DNA of 56,047 bases, taken from a virus. Its lineage: Duplodnaviria > Caudoviricetes. Location of the stretch: IMG/VR virus record IMGVR_UViG_3300032342_000007, positions 1 to 56,047 of that record, one strand, 5' to 3'. The position numbers and the translations under genes were made by a program. Under the pieces are notes generated by a model. It made no database searches and was not told the origin of the DNA. It saw only the letters and a program-made list of their open reading frames with translations. Below, piece by piece: positions 45,929 through 54,344 of this stretch (its first letter is position 1; each line of letters opens with the position of its first letter).

Positions 45929-45957
45929 GTATTAGGAGCAGGGGTAGGGATTGTCAA
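45929..45957 (-). promoter_or_regulatory. Phage promoter, leaderless
   Basis: TTGACA-ATCCCTACCCCTGCTCC-TAATAC, 6 nt, ATG. Confidence 0.7.
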
Positions 45958-45975
45958 TTCGCACGGGAGTGGCAC

Positions 45976-46311
45976 ATGGGAACGAAGGTTTACGGAGCGA
46001 GCGACGACCTCATCGAGTTCGAAGGGGACGTACACGGCGAGGTGGGCTACTCCGATGCGGGCTACATCGGCTTGACGCCTGAGGAAGGCGCGACGCTGCT
46101 CGTCTTCGACGACGGCACTCAGCTCGCGATCCGCTACGGCAAGCCGGGGCTCGGCGGGGTGTGGCACATCACCGCGCTCCGCAAAGGCCCCCTGTTCGAC
46201 CGAATCGACGTGTGCGAGGACGAGAACGCCGACCCCTACTCGGACGTGGCGCACTTCGCGACCGGTCTGAAGAGCTGCATCGCAGCCGCCCGCTGGGAGC
46301 GGGTGAAGTAG
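45976..46311 (+). CDS. Hypothetical phage protein
   Basis: GGAG RBS; VYGASDDLIEFEG. Confidence 0.7.
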   Translation: MGTKVYGASDDLIEFEGDVHGEVGYSDAGYIGLTPEEGATLLVFDDGTQLAIRYGKPGLGGVWHITALRKGPLFDRIDVCEDENADPYSDVAHFATGLKSCIAAARWERVK

Positions 46312-46629
46312 ATGCACACCGAAATCACGAAGATGCCCCGGTGCCGCTGGTGCGACAAGGAGCCGGAATTCACGCCCACCATCGCGGACACCTCGGTTTG
46401 CCAGCACTGTGGCGCAATGCAGAGCCCAGCCCTCAAGCTCAGCGCCCCGGCGGGCAGGAAAACTCTGTTGGTCTACCTGAACCCCGACGACGGCTTGTTC
46501 GTCGAGGTCGAGAAGCTGGACGGGTCGGTCGCGAGATTTACCTTCAGCCCCGCGCGGCTCGAAGCGGCGGGCGTCCTGCATCGGTCACCCGTACTACTCA
46601 ACGGGAAGAAGCTCGACTCGCCACTGTAG
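46312..46629 (+). CDS. Zn-ribbon hypothetical protein
   Basis: CRWC...CQHC. Confidence 0.6.
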   Translation: MHTEITKMPRCRWCDKEPEFTPTIADTSVCQHCGAMQSPALKLSAPAGRKTLLVYLNPDDGLFVEVEKLDGSVARFTFSPARLEAAGVLHRSPVLLNGKKLDSPL

Positions 46630-46630
46630 G

Positions 46631-46852
46631 TCAGCGACGCTTTCGGGCGTGGGCGATTGGCGGCTCTGGCAACAGCAAATCGCCGCGCTGGAAGATCTTC
46701 GTCTGGATGGGGGCGTAGATGATGTTGAACAGGCACCCACAGTGACCACATTCGAAGTCGTGCTGGCACTCGTCTGCATCGATGACAGTGCCGTCGAATT
46801 GCGACGATTGGCTCAGCTCGCGGCTGTGGCACTGAGGGCAGGTGGTGGTCAT
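46631..46852 (-). CDS. Zn-ribbon hypothetical protein
   Basis: CPQC...CGHC. Confidence 0.55.
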   Translation of the reverse strand: MTTTCPQCHSRELSQSSQFDGTVIDADECQHDFECGHCGCLFNIIYAPIQTKIFQRGDLLLPEPPIAHARKRR

Positions 46853-46856
46853 GCGC

Positions 46857-47705
46857 TCACCAGAGGTCGTAGAAGGTGATGCTGCTGTCCTTCAGGATGA
46901 GGCGCGCCCAGTCGGAGAGCTTCTGCTGGATGAAGCCTCGCGGCTCGGTGTCGCTCGCGCCAGACTTACTGTACTTGCTCATCGCGGGCTCGACGAACTT
47001 CGTGTAGGCGTGGAGCACGACCTTGTTGATGGCCTTCTTGCCGCCCACCGCGCTTGTCTTCGGCAGCTCGGTTTCGAGGTAGTCCAGCGCCTTCGCCGCC
47101 GCAGCATTCAGACCAACCGCCGCCTTCTTCGAAGCCAGCTTGTTGACCTGAGAGACCGTGTAGAGCTGCCAGTCGTTGGCGTCGAAGTCCGGCTTCGGAA
47201 TCGAGACCGGCTTCGCCTTGAATGCGCCCGTTGGGTAGCTCTTCACGAGGGCGTCGAGGTCGTCCGGATCAGGCTCGGACTTCTTCCCCACCATCGCGAA
47301 GCCGGGCAGTCCTCGGGTCTTCACAATCGTAGGCTCTTCCGGCTCTGCGCCGGGGCCGTCGGACGGACCGGGTTTCTTGAGGGCGAGCGTCAGCTTCCCG
47401 GCCGAATCGGCGTTGTCGCTCGCGTAGAGCACGTACTTCTTCAGCTTGGTCGCCGTGACTTCCAACCGGTGCAGAAGCTTCGTGAGGTCAGCAACCTCAG
47501 CAGCCGTCATCTCGTGCGCGGCCTTCAACAGCGGCGGCAACTGCGACTGCGCGGTGGCGAACGCTTTCGAGGCGGTCTTCATCACTTCGACTTGGTTCGC
47601 CATCTCGATGGCGGCCACCTCAAGCGTGGTGGCTGCGTTGGTACGCGCGTCACCGGAGCCTTCGTTCAACAGAGCGTGCATCTCGGTCAGGAGAGTCGTG
47701 TTCAT
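46857..47705 (-). CDS. Hypothetical protein, possible internal head protein
   Basis: N-terminal LLTEMHALLNEG; Ala/Lys-rich. Confidence 0.6.
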   Translation of the reverse strand: MNTTLLTEMHALLNEGSGDARTNAATTLEVAAIEMANQVEVMKTASKAFATAQSQLPPLLKAAHEMTAAEVADLTKLLHRLEVTATKLKKYVLYASDNADSAGKLTLALKKPGPSDGPGAEPEEPTIVKTRGLPGFAMVGKKSEPDPDDLDALVKSYPTGAFKAKPVSIPKPDFDANDWQLYTVSQVNKLASKKAAVGLNAAAAKALDYLETELPKTSAVGGKKAINKVVLHAYTKFVEPAMSKYSKSGASDTEPRGFIQQKLSDWARLILKDSSITFYDLW

Positions 47706-47717
47706 GGTGGTGATCTA

Positions 47718-48071
47718 TCACGGCTCATGCAGACGACGCGATTCCTCGTTGATGGCTCCAAGGACCTTATGGAGGCGGTTGAACAGCGTCACGCGCATCG
47801 TCTTCCCGAAGCGCGCAGGAGACGGCTGCATCCCCGGAATCGGCTCCAGAATCTTGCAGAGCGTGTCGATTTCTCTGAACTTCAGGAAGTGGAGGTCGCA
47901 GTTCTCACCGCCGAACTCGGCGTGGTTCCGCATCCCGTAGAGGAAGCCCCCTTGCACGCCCACGCTCTGACAGTGGCGGTCGTAGTGCTCTGACGCGAGC
48001 TTCTGGAGGAACTCCACCTCTGGAAGCGTCATGCGGATCTCAGCGGAGATGTCGTACTGGAACTTGGTCAC
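47718..48071 (-). CDS. Hypothetical protein
   Basis: GTG 48071 (GTGA overlap). Confidence 0.55.
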   Translation of the reverse strand: MTKFQYDISAEIRMTLPEVEFLQKLASEHYDRHCQSVGVQGGFLYGMRNHAEFGGENCDLHFLKFREIDTLCKILEPIPGMQPSPARFGKTMRVTLFNRLHKVLGAINEESRRLHEP

Positions 48072-48523
48072 GGTCGCTTCTTCCCGTTCTTGTCGTAGCC
48101 GCCCGGCTTGTCGTAGTCCCCGCGCGCGACGGCGATTTGGTCCGCGATGAAGCACTTCACGACGTGGTCGGGGCAGCGGTCCAGCAGGCTCTTTGCTTCG
48201 TCGAAGTCCTTCTGCCTCAGCGCCTTCTTCACGAGCGGCATGAAGTACGCCTCGACCTTCTTCGCAAGCGCTTCGTGCTCTCTGAGCGACTTCGTGTAGC
48301 TCGCCGTCAGCTCCAGCTCGTCTTCACTGATGAGCGCGTCGATGTTCCACGACCCAAAGAAGCCATCGTCCACCCCCTTGTCCAATCGCACGCCACCTTC
48401 GATGTCTGCGATGTGCGCGCGGATGGTGCGAACGCCCTCGTGCAGGTAGCCCTTCACCTTGACCTTCTTCCCGACTGCGAACCTTGAAGGAACGGGACGG
48501 ATGGATTTCACGGAGTCACCCAC
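48068..48523 (-). CDS. Hypothetical protein
   Basis: 151 aa; SH3-like N-terminal half. Confidence 0.6.
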   Translation of the reverse strand: MGDSVKSIRPVPSRFAVGKKVKVKGYLHEGVRTIRAHIADIEGGVRLDKGVDDGFFGSWNIDALISEDELELTASYTKSLREHEALAKKVEAYFMPLVKKALRQKDFDEAKSLLDRCPDHVVKCFIADQIAVARGDYDKPGGYDKNGKKRP

Positions 48524-48779
48524 AGACGTATTCGAGAGCCGCGTTGTAGACCTGCCGGGCGTCGCGAGCGCACTGCTCGACCGCCTTCTTGAGCGCGTCG
48601 CGGTCCTCAGGGTTCAGCTCCCCCTTCAGGACCATGCCCTCCACGAGCTGCGCCGTGATGACGCGAATCCGCTGCTTGTCGTGCTCGGAGTAGCCGTCGC
48701 CGAGCTTCATCTTCTCGTGCTCCTCCCAAAGCGGCCCGCTCGGAGCCGCCTTGGGTGTCTTCGTCTTCTTGGACTTCAC
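48516..48779 (-). CDS. Hypothetical protein
   Basis: GTG 48779 (GTGA overlap) after GAGG. Confidence 0.6.
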   Translation of the reverse strand: MKSKKTKTPKAAPSGPLWEEHEKMKLGDGYSEHDKQRIRVITAQLVEGMVLKGELNPEDRDALKKAVEQCARDARQVYNAALEYVCG

Positions 48780-49573
48780 GGCAGCACCTCGGCCTCTTCC
48801 GCCGCCTGCGCCTTCACCGTCGCGTACGCCAGCTCCACCTTGAGCTGCGTGATGCGCTTGGTCAGGTACTCGTCGTCCTCGGTGTACCCACGGTCGTGGC
48901 TCTTCTTCAGCTCGTTCTCGTAGGAGTCGATCTGGTGCTGGTGCCCCACGACCTCCGCAAAGTGGGGGCCGATCTTCCGGTCGTCCCAGATGACGGGCTG
49001 GTCTGCGTACTCCGCCGCGAGCGCTCGCCAAGCCGACGCCACCTCTGCCGGGAACGCGCGCAGCTTCTTGCAGTCCCGGTTCGGACAGCGAATCATCAGC
49101 GAGCCCTTCCGCTCCACGACGAAGAAGGTGGTGAACTGGCAGTGTGGGCACTTCTGGGCAGCGCCGATGAGCTTCAGCTCGGCGTCTCCGCACGCCCGAC
49201 GACGAACGCCTTCCGCTTTCGCCTTTCGATGCGCCGCCGCCGCCAGCTCCTTCAGCGCTCGCAGGTCATCCATGTGGCGAGGCTCGGGGAACTCGTCGGA
49301 GGGTGGCATTCCTTGGTCGTTGGCGCTGTGCGAAGGACCGGTGAACTCCGGGCGACCGAGCAGCTTGAAGCAGACCTTGTGGTAAAGGGCGAACTTGCCG
49401 TCCATGTCGGCCAGCTCCGTGTTGCCCGTGGAGCCGCTCAGGTTGCCGTACCCGTCGTAGCTCCCCGACGCAGTGTCACCGTCTGAGCCCTGCACGACAG
49501 CCTTCCCCATCCAGCCATGACCTTCTCGAACCGAGTGGTCGCAGCCCTTGCAGTCCCAAGAAAAGAAGCCCAT
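48776..49573 (-). CDS. Zn-binding hypothetical phage protein
   Basis: GGAGG RBS; MGFFSWDCKGC, GSYDGYG, HKVC, CPHC, CPNRDC. Confidence 0.7.
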   Translation of the reverse strand: MGFFSWDCKGCDHSVREGHGWMGKAVVQGSDGDTASGSYDGYGNLSGSTGNTELADMDGKFALYHKVCFKLLGRPEFTGPSHSANDQGMPPSDEFPEPRHMDDLRALKELAAAAHRKAKAEGVRRRACGDAELKLIGAAQKCPHCQFTTFFVVERKGSLMIRCPNRDCKKLRAFPAEVASAWRALAAEYADQPVIWDDRKIGPHFAEVVGHQHQIDSYENELKKSHDRGYTEDDEYLTKRITQLKVELAYATVKAQAAEEAEVLP

Positions 49574-49592
49574 GTGCCGCCTCCGATGGTGT

Positions 49593-49664
49593 GTTACATC
49601 GGCAGGGGTGTCGATTGTCAACTAAGCCCTCTCGTGTTGACAATCCGCGCCTTGTCGATATGAC
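49593..49664. promoter_or_regulatory. Back-to-back divergent phage promoters
   Basis: Minus strand: TTGACA-ATCGACACCCCTGCCGA-TGTAAC. Plus strand: TTGACA-16-TATGAC, 6 nt, ATG 49671. Confidence 0.7.
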
Positions 49665-49670
49665 TCATCC

Positions 49671-50048
49671 ATGAGCCTCGACGTGTGCCTCACAGGACCG
49701 GAAACCGAGAAGACGTGTATCTGCACGGACTGCGGTCACGAGCACACGCGCAAGCAGAGCGAGACCCTCTTCGAGTCCAACATCACGCACAACCTCAACA
49801 CGATGGCTGAGGCCGCAGGCATCTACCAAGCGCTGTGGCGGCCGGAAGAACTGAACGCCACCACGGCGGAACAGTTGATCGCCCCGCTCACCGAGGGATT
49901 GAAGTTGCTCCGCGCCGAGCCGGAGAAGTTCAAGGCGTTCGACGCAAAGAACGGCTGGGGAACCTACGAGCAGTTCATTCCGTGGGTGGTCCAGTACCTC
50001 GAAGCCTGCAAAGAGCACCCCCTCGCAACCGTGAAGGTGAGCCGATGA
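49671..50048 (+). CDS. Hypothetical phage protein (leaderless)
   Basis: NITHNL..MA..AGIY..LWRPEE...NGWGTY. Confidence 0.7.
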   Translation: MSLDVCLTGPETEKTCICTDCGHEHTRKQSETLFESNITHNLNTMAEAAGIYQALWRPEELNATTAEQLIAPLTEGLKLLRAEPEKFKAFDAKNGWGTYEQFIPWVVQYLEACKEHPLATVKVSR

Positions 50049-50344
50049 AAACCGTCAACGTCGTTGTGTACCGAGTCGGGAAGCCTGCTCGTGTCGAGGC
50101 GATTCCTGACACCCTCGAAGCCCAGCAAGCCATCGTCGGCGGGGACATCAAGGACTGCATCCTCGACCACCTCACGGTCATCTACGGAGCGGAGGCGGCG
50201 GACACCGGCCAGCCTCCGAACCGGCAGGTCGGCCGCATCTTCGTGCTCGGGAACTTCTTCATCTGTCGCACCGACGAAGAGGGCTGCACCGCTCCGCTCA
50301 CGAAGAAGGACCGCGCTTTCCTGAAGAAGAACTACGCTCTCTGA
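50045..50344 (+). CDS. DUF3846-like protein
   Basis: TLEAQQAIVGGDI...PNR...GNFFI; ATG 50045. Confidence 0.6.
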   Translation: MKTVNVVVYRVGKPARVEAIPDTLEAQQAIVGGDIKDCILDHLTVIYGAEAADTGQPPNRQVGRIFVLGNFFICRTDEEGCTAPLTKKDRAFLKKNYAL

Positions 50345-50347
50345 CCG

Positions 50348-50683
50348 ATGGTTCCTGACACCTCACCCACGGTCCCGGTCAGCCGGGGCCACTCGAACCC
50401 CATCTACACCGTCTCGTACTCGTCTCAGGACACGGCCACCGCGACGTGCGACCCGTGGCAGCAAACTCAGACCGCGACGTACTCCGGGTCCACGTACGTC
50501 GCGTACGCGCGCCCGCGCGCGGAGGTGGACTACGCGGCTCTGCTCAGGGAGTCCCGTCGGGCTGCGTCGATGGTGCCGCCCCCTCGGGAGAACCGGGCTC
50601 GTACGAAGCTCCACGTTCGCGCCAGACGGGGTTTCCAGCAGATGGCCCGCCTGCCCTGCTACCGGGGCTCCCGGACGCGCTGA
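50348..50683 (+). CDS. Hypothetical protein
   Basis: Co-directional, 3 nt after the previous stop. Confidence 0.4.
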   Translation: MVPDTSPTVPVSRGHSNPIYTVSYSSQDTATATCDPWQQTQTATYSGSTYVAYARPRAEVDYAALLRESRRAASMVPPPRENRARTKLHVRARRGFQQMARLPCYRGSRTR

Positions 50684-50699
50684 GGGGCCGCCAGAGCCC

Positions 50700-50903
50700 T
50701 CAGAAGGGCACGTCGGCATAGTCCTCGGTCGGCACTTGCGCGTCCTCGGCCTCGACGAAGGGAATCGCGGGGACCGTGTGGTCCTCACGGCAGGTGCAGG
50801 GCATCGTGAGGTAGACGGCGCGACCCTCGTCGTCCATCTCGTAGAAGATCTCCAAGGTGCCGGTGTCCGCGCACGCGCCACAGTCGATGTCGTCGGTAGC
50901 CAT
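50700..50903 (-). CDS. Small acidic Zn-binding protein ending ADVPF (leaderless)
   Basis: CGACADTG...PCTC; ATG 50903. Confidence 0.65.
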   Translation of the reverse strand: MATDDIDCGACADTGTLEIFYEMDDEGRAVYLTMPCTCREDHTVPAIPFVEAEDAQVPTEDYADVPF

Positions 50904-50908
50904 GCCCA

Positions 50909-50936
50909 GTTCTGTTGCGGCAGACGCGCTTGTCAA
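50909..50936 (-). promoter_or_regulatory. Phage promoter, leaderless
   Basis: TTGACA-16-CAGAAC, 5 nt, ATG. Confidence 0.55.
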
Positions 50937-50950
50937 CGAAACTGCGGAAC

Positions 50951-51850
50951 ATGTCCCACCGGACCAACTTCCGCAGGCTGGCAGGGCTCAGTGATGAGCG
51001 AACGCTGACGGTCGCCCGCCTCGGCGAGCGAATTGTGACGGCGGAGGACCTCGGACGCTTGGACGAGCGCGCAGCCTTTTCCGTGGGCACTCGGCGTCAG
51101 TGGAAGCGCGGGGAGCACCTCAAGACCAGCAAGGGCTGGAAGCGGCTGAAGAAGTCGGAGCGCACACCTCCGAAGTCTGACCCGGAGCCGACCTCCGTCA
51201 ACGCACCGTTCGAGCGCATGAAAAGCAGCGCGGCGAAAATCGCTGCCGCGACCGCGAAGTCCGCGCTGCTTGGCAATCTCACCGCGATGGGCAGCTTCAT
51301 GGGAGGCAACGGCGAAGGGATGTCGAAGCAGCCCGGCTTCAAGTACGGATCTTCCTACGAGGCTGTGGCGACGGAAGGCACGCCGATGAAGAGCCGGAAG
51401 ATGCCTGCGGCTTTCAAGGCCGAGGTGATGGACGACATCGAGCAGACGGACCCGCAGATGAAGCAGTGCTACTACAACGCGCAGACGCTCGCGCTGAGGA
51501 ACCCCGAGCGCTACACCTACGTCGATGGGTACGTGAACGCAGGCTTCGGCTTCCCCATCCAGCACGGGTGGTGCGTCGCGCGCGACGACGACGGCGAGCA
51601 GTACATCGTGGACCCGACGCTGCGGCACGACCAATCCAAGGGCGCGACCGAAAACAACCTGACGATTGGCGAGATCCCCGAAGGTCACGAGTACGTCGGA
51701 AAGGAATTCCCACGAGAGATGGTCAGCGACCGCTGGAAGACCGGCATGGCGGGGAGCCTCTACGACTGGCCGCCGTACTACCCCTTGATGCGCTCGGAGC
51801 CGGATTGGGCGGTGGCGAAGAAGACCAAGGCTGTCGATTTCGGAGACTGA
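50951..51850 (+). CDS. Transglutaminase/papain-like Cys-His-Asp enzyme with N-terminal leader
   Basis: QCYYNA, YVDGY, IQHGW, IVDPT; leader FRRLAGLSDE...LGE...LDE. Confidence 0.7.
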   Translation: MSHRTNFRRLAGLSDERTLTVARLGERIVTAEDLGRLDERAAFSVGTRRQWKRGEHLKTSKGWKRLKKSERTPPKSDPEPTSVNAPFERMKSSAAKIAAATAKSALLGNLTAMGSFMGGNGEGMSKQPGFKYGSSYEAVATEGTPMKSRKMPAAFKAEVMDDIEQTDPQMKQCYYNAQTLALRNPERYTYVDGYVNAGFGFPIQHGWCVARDDDGEQYIVDPTLRHDQSKGATENNLTIGEIPEGHEYVGKEFPREMVSDRWKTGMAGSLYDWPPYYPLMRSEPDWAVAKKTKAVDFGD

Positions 51851-51852
51851 TC

Positions 51853-52080
51853 GTGAACCCTCGCATCACCAAAAAGCTCGAAGCCCTGCGCGCGCAGCTC
51901 GCTGAAGAGGACTCTCCCGAGTTCGAAATGGCGCGGGTCATCGTGGCGGCGCTCAACGGCCGAAAGCCGTCCAGAACGGTCGCCAAGTTGTACGTGGATC
52001 GAGTCGGCATCACCGTGACACACGAGAACGGAACCGTGGACGAGTTCGAGTTCTCCACCCGCCAAATCAAGAAGGTGTAG
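51853..52080 (+). CDS. Hypothetical protein
   Basis: GGAG RBS, GTG 51853; LRAQLAEE. Confidence 0.6.
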   Translation: MNPRITKKLEALRAQLAEEDSPEFEMARVIVAALNGRKPSRTVAKLYVDRVGITVTHENGTVDEFEFSTRQIKKV

Positions 52081-52296
52081 TCAGCGTTGAAGCGTCTGAA
52101 GGCGCTCGACCAGCTTCTCAGCTTCCTCCGCCGCGAGCTGGAACGCCTTCACCTGAGAGGCGACCGCCATTGCCATCGTAGGGTCGTCCTTGCGCAGCTC
52201 GACCTCCAGCACAGCCAGCGCCGCCTCAGCCTTTCGGCCTTCTGTGACCAGTACGCCAAGAATCGCGCGCACGGTCTTCAAGTCTGAAGTAGCCAC
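52081..52296 (-). CDS. Hypothetical protein
   Basis: 71 aa, helical. Confidence 0.55.
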   Translation of the reverse strand: MATSDLKTVRAILGVLVTEGRKAEAALAVLEVELRKDDPTMAMAVASQVKAFQLAAEEAEKLVERLQTLQR

Positions 52297-52334
52297 CGGT
52301 CAGACCTAAAGGATCTTGCCCCGGAAGGCCAATT

Positions 52335-53054
52335 CTAGGGGCTGACGCTCTGTTCGGAAGCCACGGTAGCCAGCGTGCGCATCATCTTCGCATCAGCCAC
52401 GCCGTCCATTGGAAGCTGCCACGCGCGCTCGAAGGCGAGAATGGCCTGCTGTGACCTCGGCCCGATGTCGCCGTCGAGGTCCCCGCCGTACATCTTCAGC
52501 TTCTGAAGCAGGGTCTGAAGCTCGACGTTCGAGAGCTGAAAACTCGCCCCATACGTCGCCACCATTTTCGCCTCGACTCCAGCGCTCGTCACGACGCTCT
52601 TCGCGCAGGCTGCCAGCCACGGGGCCGCCGCATCGCCGGTTCCGAAGTGGTTGAAGTGCCAATCTTCGGAGCCGCGTTGGTGGTCCTTGCGGTGGCAGTA
52701 CCAGCCGTACGACGCCATCATCTCGTCGAACGCCTGCTTGGTCATCCCGAACGACTTGAGACAGGCGTCCGTCGCCACGTCGATGGAGAAGCCGAAGTTG
52801 TGCCCCGAGTAGCCGGGAGGCTGCACGCCGGACTTCGTCATCATCGCCTGAAGGCTGGCCTCGGGAGAGCGGAACATGTCGGAGCACCGCAGCTTCTTCC
52901 CCGTGCCCGCCTCGACCGCCAAGAAGGCCGGAACCGCGTCGGGGTGCAGCAGGGCTGCGCTCGGTGGGAAGTAGTCGCCAGCAGGAACCCCGCCCTTGCC
53001 TGTTCCGTAGATGCCCAGCACGCCCGGTACTCGCTTCAGCAGCATCGTCAGCAT
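52335..53054 (-). CDS. Endolysin: M15 Zn peptidase plus C-terminal peptidoglycan-binding domain
   Basis: FRS, PPGYSGHNFGFSID, EDWHF; LQTLL..DGDIGP.S..AI.AF...DGVA. ATG 53054 after GAGGAG. Confidence 0.88.
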   Translation of the reverse strand: MLTMLLKRVPGVLGIYGTGKGGVPAGDYFPPSAALLHPDAVPAFLAVEAGTGKKLRCSDMFRSPEASLQAMMTKSGVQPPGYSGHNFGFSIDVATDACLKSFGMTKQAFDEMMASYGWYCHRKDHQRGSEDWHFNHFGTGDAAAPWLAACAKSVVTSAGVEAKMVATYGASFQLSNVELQTLLQKLKMYGGDLDGDIGPRSQQAILAFERAWQLPMDGVADAKMMRTLATVASEQSVSP

Positions 53055-53064
53055 TCGTGTCTCC

Positions 53065-53538
53065 TCAGTGACCTGCGTCCACAGGGGCTTCGGCTCGATC
53101 CAATTTCGACTTCCCGCTCTTCGGTCCCGGTCCACCCATCCAGCTCATCATCGCAGGCGACTTGAGCGTTGTCGGTTTCGCCCGAGCCTGCAACATGTCC
53201 ATGCGCAGCTCTTCAACCTGCTCCGCCTTGTTCTTTATATCCTTCGTCCGCTTCACCAACATGTCCATGCGGTCGTTGACCACGTCGAGCTTCATCACCG
53301 TCACGTCGTACTCGCGTGCATCCATCTTGGTTCGAACCCAGTCGGGCCGCTGGCACTCCGAGAGTACGCGGGCGTCCACGGCGTCCATGACTTCAACGCG
53401 TAGCTGCGTTCGCTCGTAGATTCCGGCGCACACCCAGACCAAGGTGATGAGACCTGCGAAGAAGACGATCTTCAGCACGAGCCAAATCAGCGGTCTGAAC
53501 AAATCGTCGAACAGCGAGTTCGTCGGGTCAGGCTTCAT
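53065..53538 (-). CDS. Membrane-anchored coiled-coil protein (holin or spanin candidate)
   Basis: N-terminal hydrophobic LIWLVLKIVFFAGLITLVWVCAGIY; directly upstream of the endolysin. Confidence 0.5.
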   Translation of the reverse strand: MKPDPTNSLFDDLFRPLIWLVLKIVFFAGLITLVWVCAGIYERTQLRVEVMDAVDARVLSECQRPDWVRTKMDAREYDVTVMKLDVVNDRMDMLVKRTKDIKNKAEQVEELRMDMLQARAKPTTLKSPAMMSWMGGPGPKSGKSKLDRAEAPVDAGH

Positions 53539-53820
53539 TCATTGTTTCCTCAAGGCGGCCCGAACGAGCTGAAGAGCAGCTCGTCCTTTTTCAGTGCTGC
53601 GAACAGCTCGATCTGACAGCAGGCCCTCCAGTCTCTTGAGGAGTACCGGGGGCAAGGGGAGGCGAAGAGTACCAGCTTTCTTGCGGATCTCAGCTACTCC
53701 CCAAGCCGTTGTTTCCTTTGGATCGTCAGCCACCGCGTTGCGAATATCCAGCAACCAAACCAGCGCATCGGCCCGCGAATCACACAACCGGCCTACCACC
53801 GTGAACGTCCGTCGAGCCAC
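53539..53820 (-). CDS. Hypothetical protein
   Basis: 93 aa, abuts the next gene. Confidence 0.5.
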   Translation of the reverse strand: MARRTFTVVGRLCDSRADALVWLLDIRNAVADDPKETTAWGVAEIRKKAGTLRLPLPPVLLKRLEGLLSDRAVRSTEKGRAALQLVRAALRKQ

Positions 53821-53863
53821 GTCAGTACCCCCAGATCCAGAGTTCAGCTTCTCCCAGCGCCAG

Positions 53864-54301
53864 CTACCCGCACACGTCTTCGAGGAATTCCCAGAAGCTG
53901 GTTCCCCACTTCTCCGACCACCCGCGCTTTCGCGCGAGCGCTTCCATACGGCGATACGCCTCTTCCATCTGACCTATCTCGGCAACCTTGCGAAGGGCAA
54001 CCTCTGCTTTCTCGATTTCGATCTCCGCTGCCGACAGCGCCTCATCCTCCGAGAGCGGTTTCCGGGTAATAGCCTTCGCGACCTCCAAGTCGGTGAGCAG
54101 CAAGTTTTCACCCGCGCTCGCCAGCGACTCCGAGTACAGCGACAACTCAGGGGCCACGGTGGTGAACAGCTCCTGCCACGTCTTCGGGGCGATGGTCAGT
54201 GCGCCGTTCAACGCCACGGACGGAATCGAGTCCTGAACGATTTTGCGCACGAGCTTCCGCAGGCGCACAGCCTCGTAAACAAGTTTGAGAACCTCGACCA
54301 T
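53864..54301 (-). CDS. Hypothetical protein
   Basis: GAGG RBS; helical. Confidence 0.6.
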   Translation of the reverse strand: MVEVLKLVYEAVRLRKLVRKIVQDSIPSVALNGALTIAPKTWQELFTTVAPELSLYSESLASAGENLLLTDLEVAKAITRKPLSEDEALSAAEIEIEKAEVALRKVAEIGQMEEAYRRMEALARKRGWSEKWGTSFWEFLEDVCG

Positions 54302-54344
54302 CGAAGCGCACCTCGATCGCCTTCGTCCTACGCGTGTACCCGAG

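Noticed and set aside
5130-52320. AGATC/GGATCT as a late-promoter motif upstream of several genes
   Set aside because: Spacing and flanks are inconsistent and the motif is too short to separate from chance by eye.
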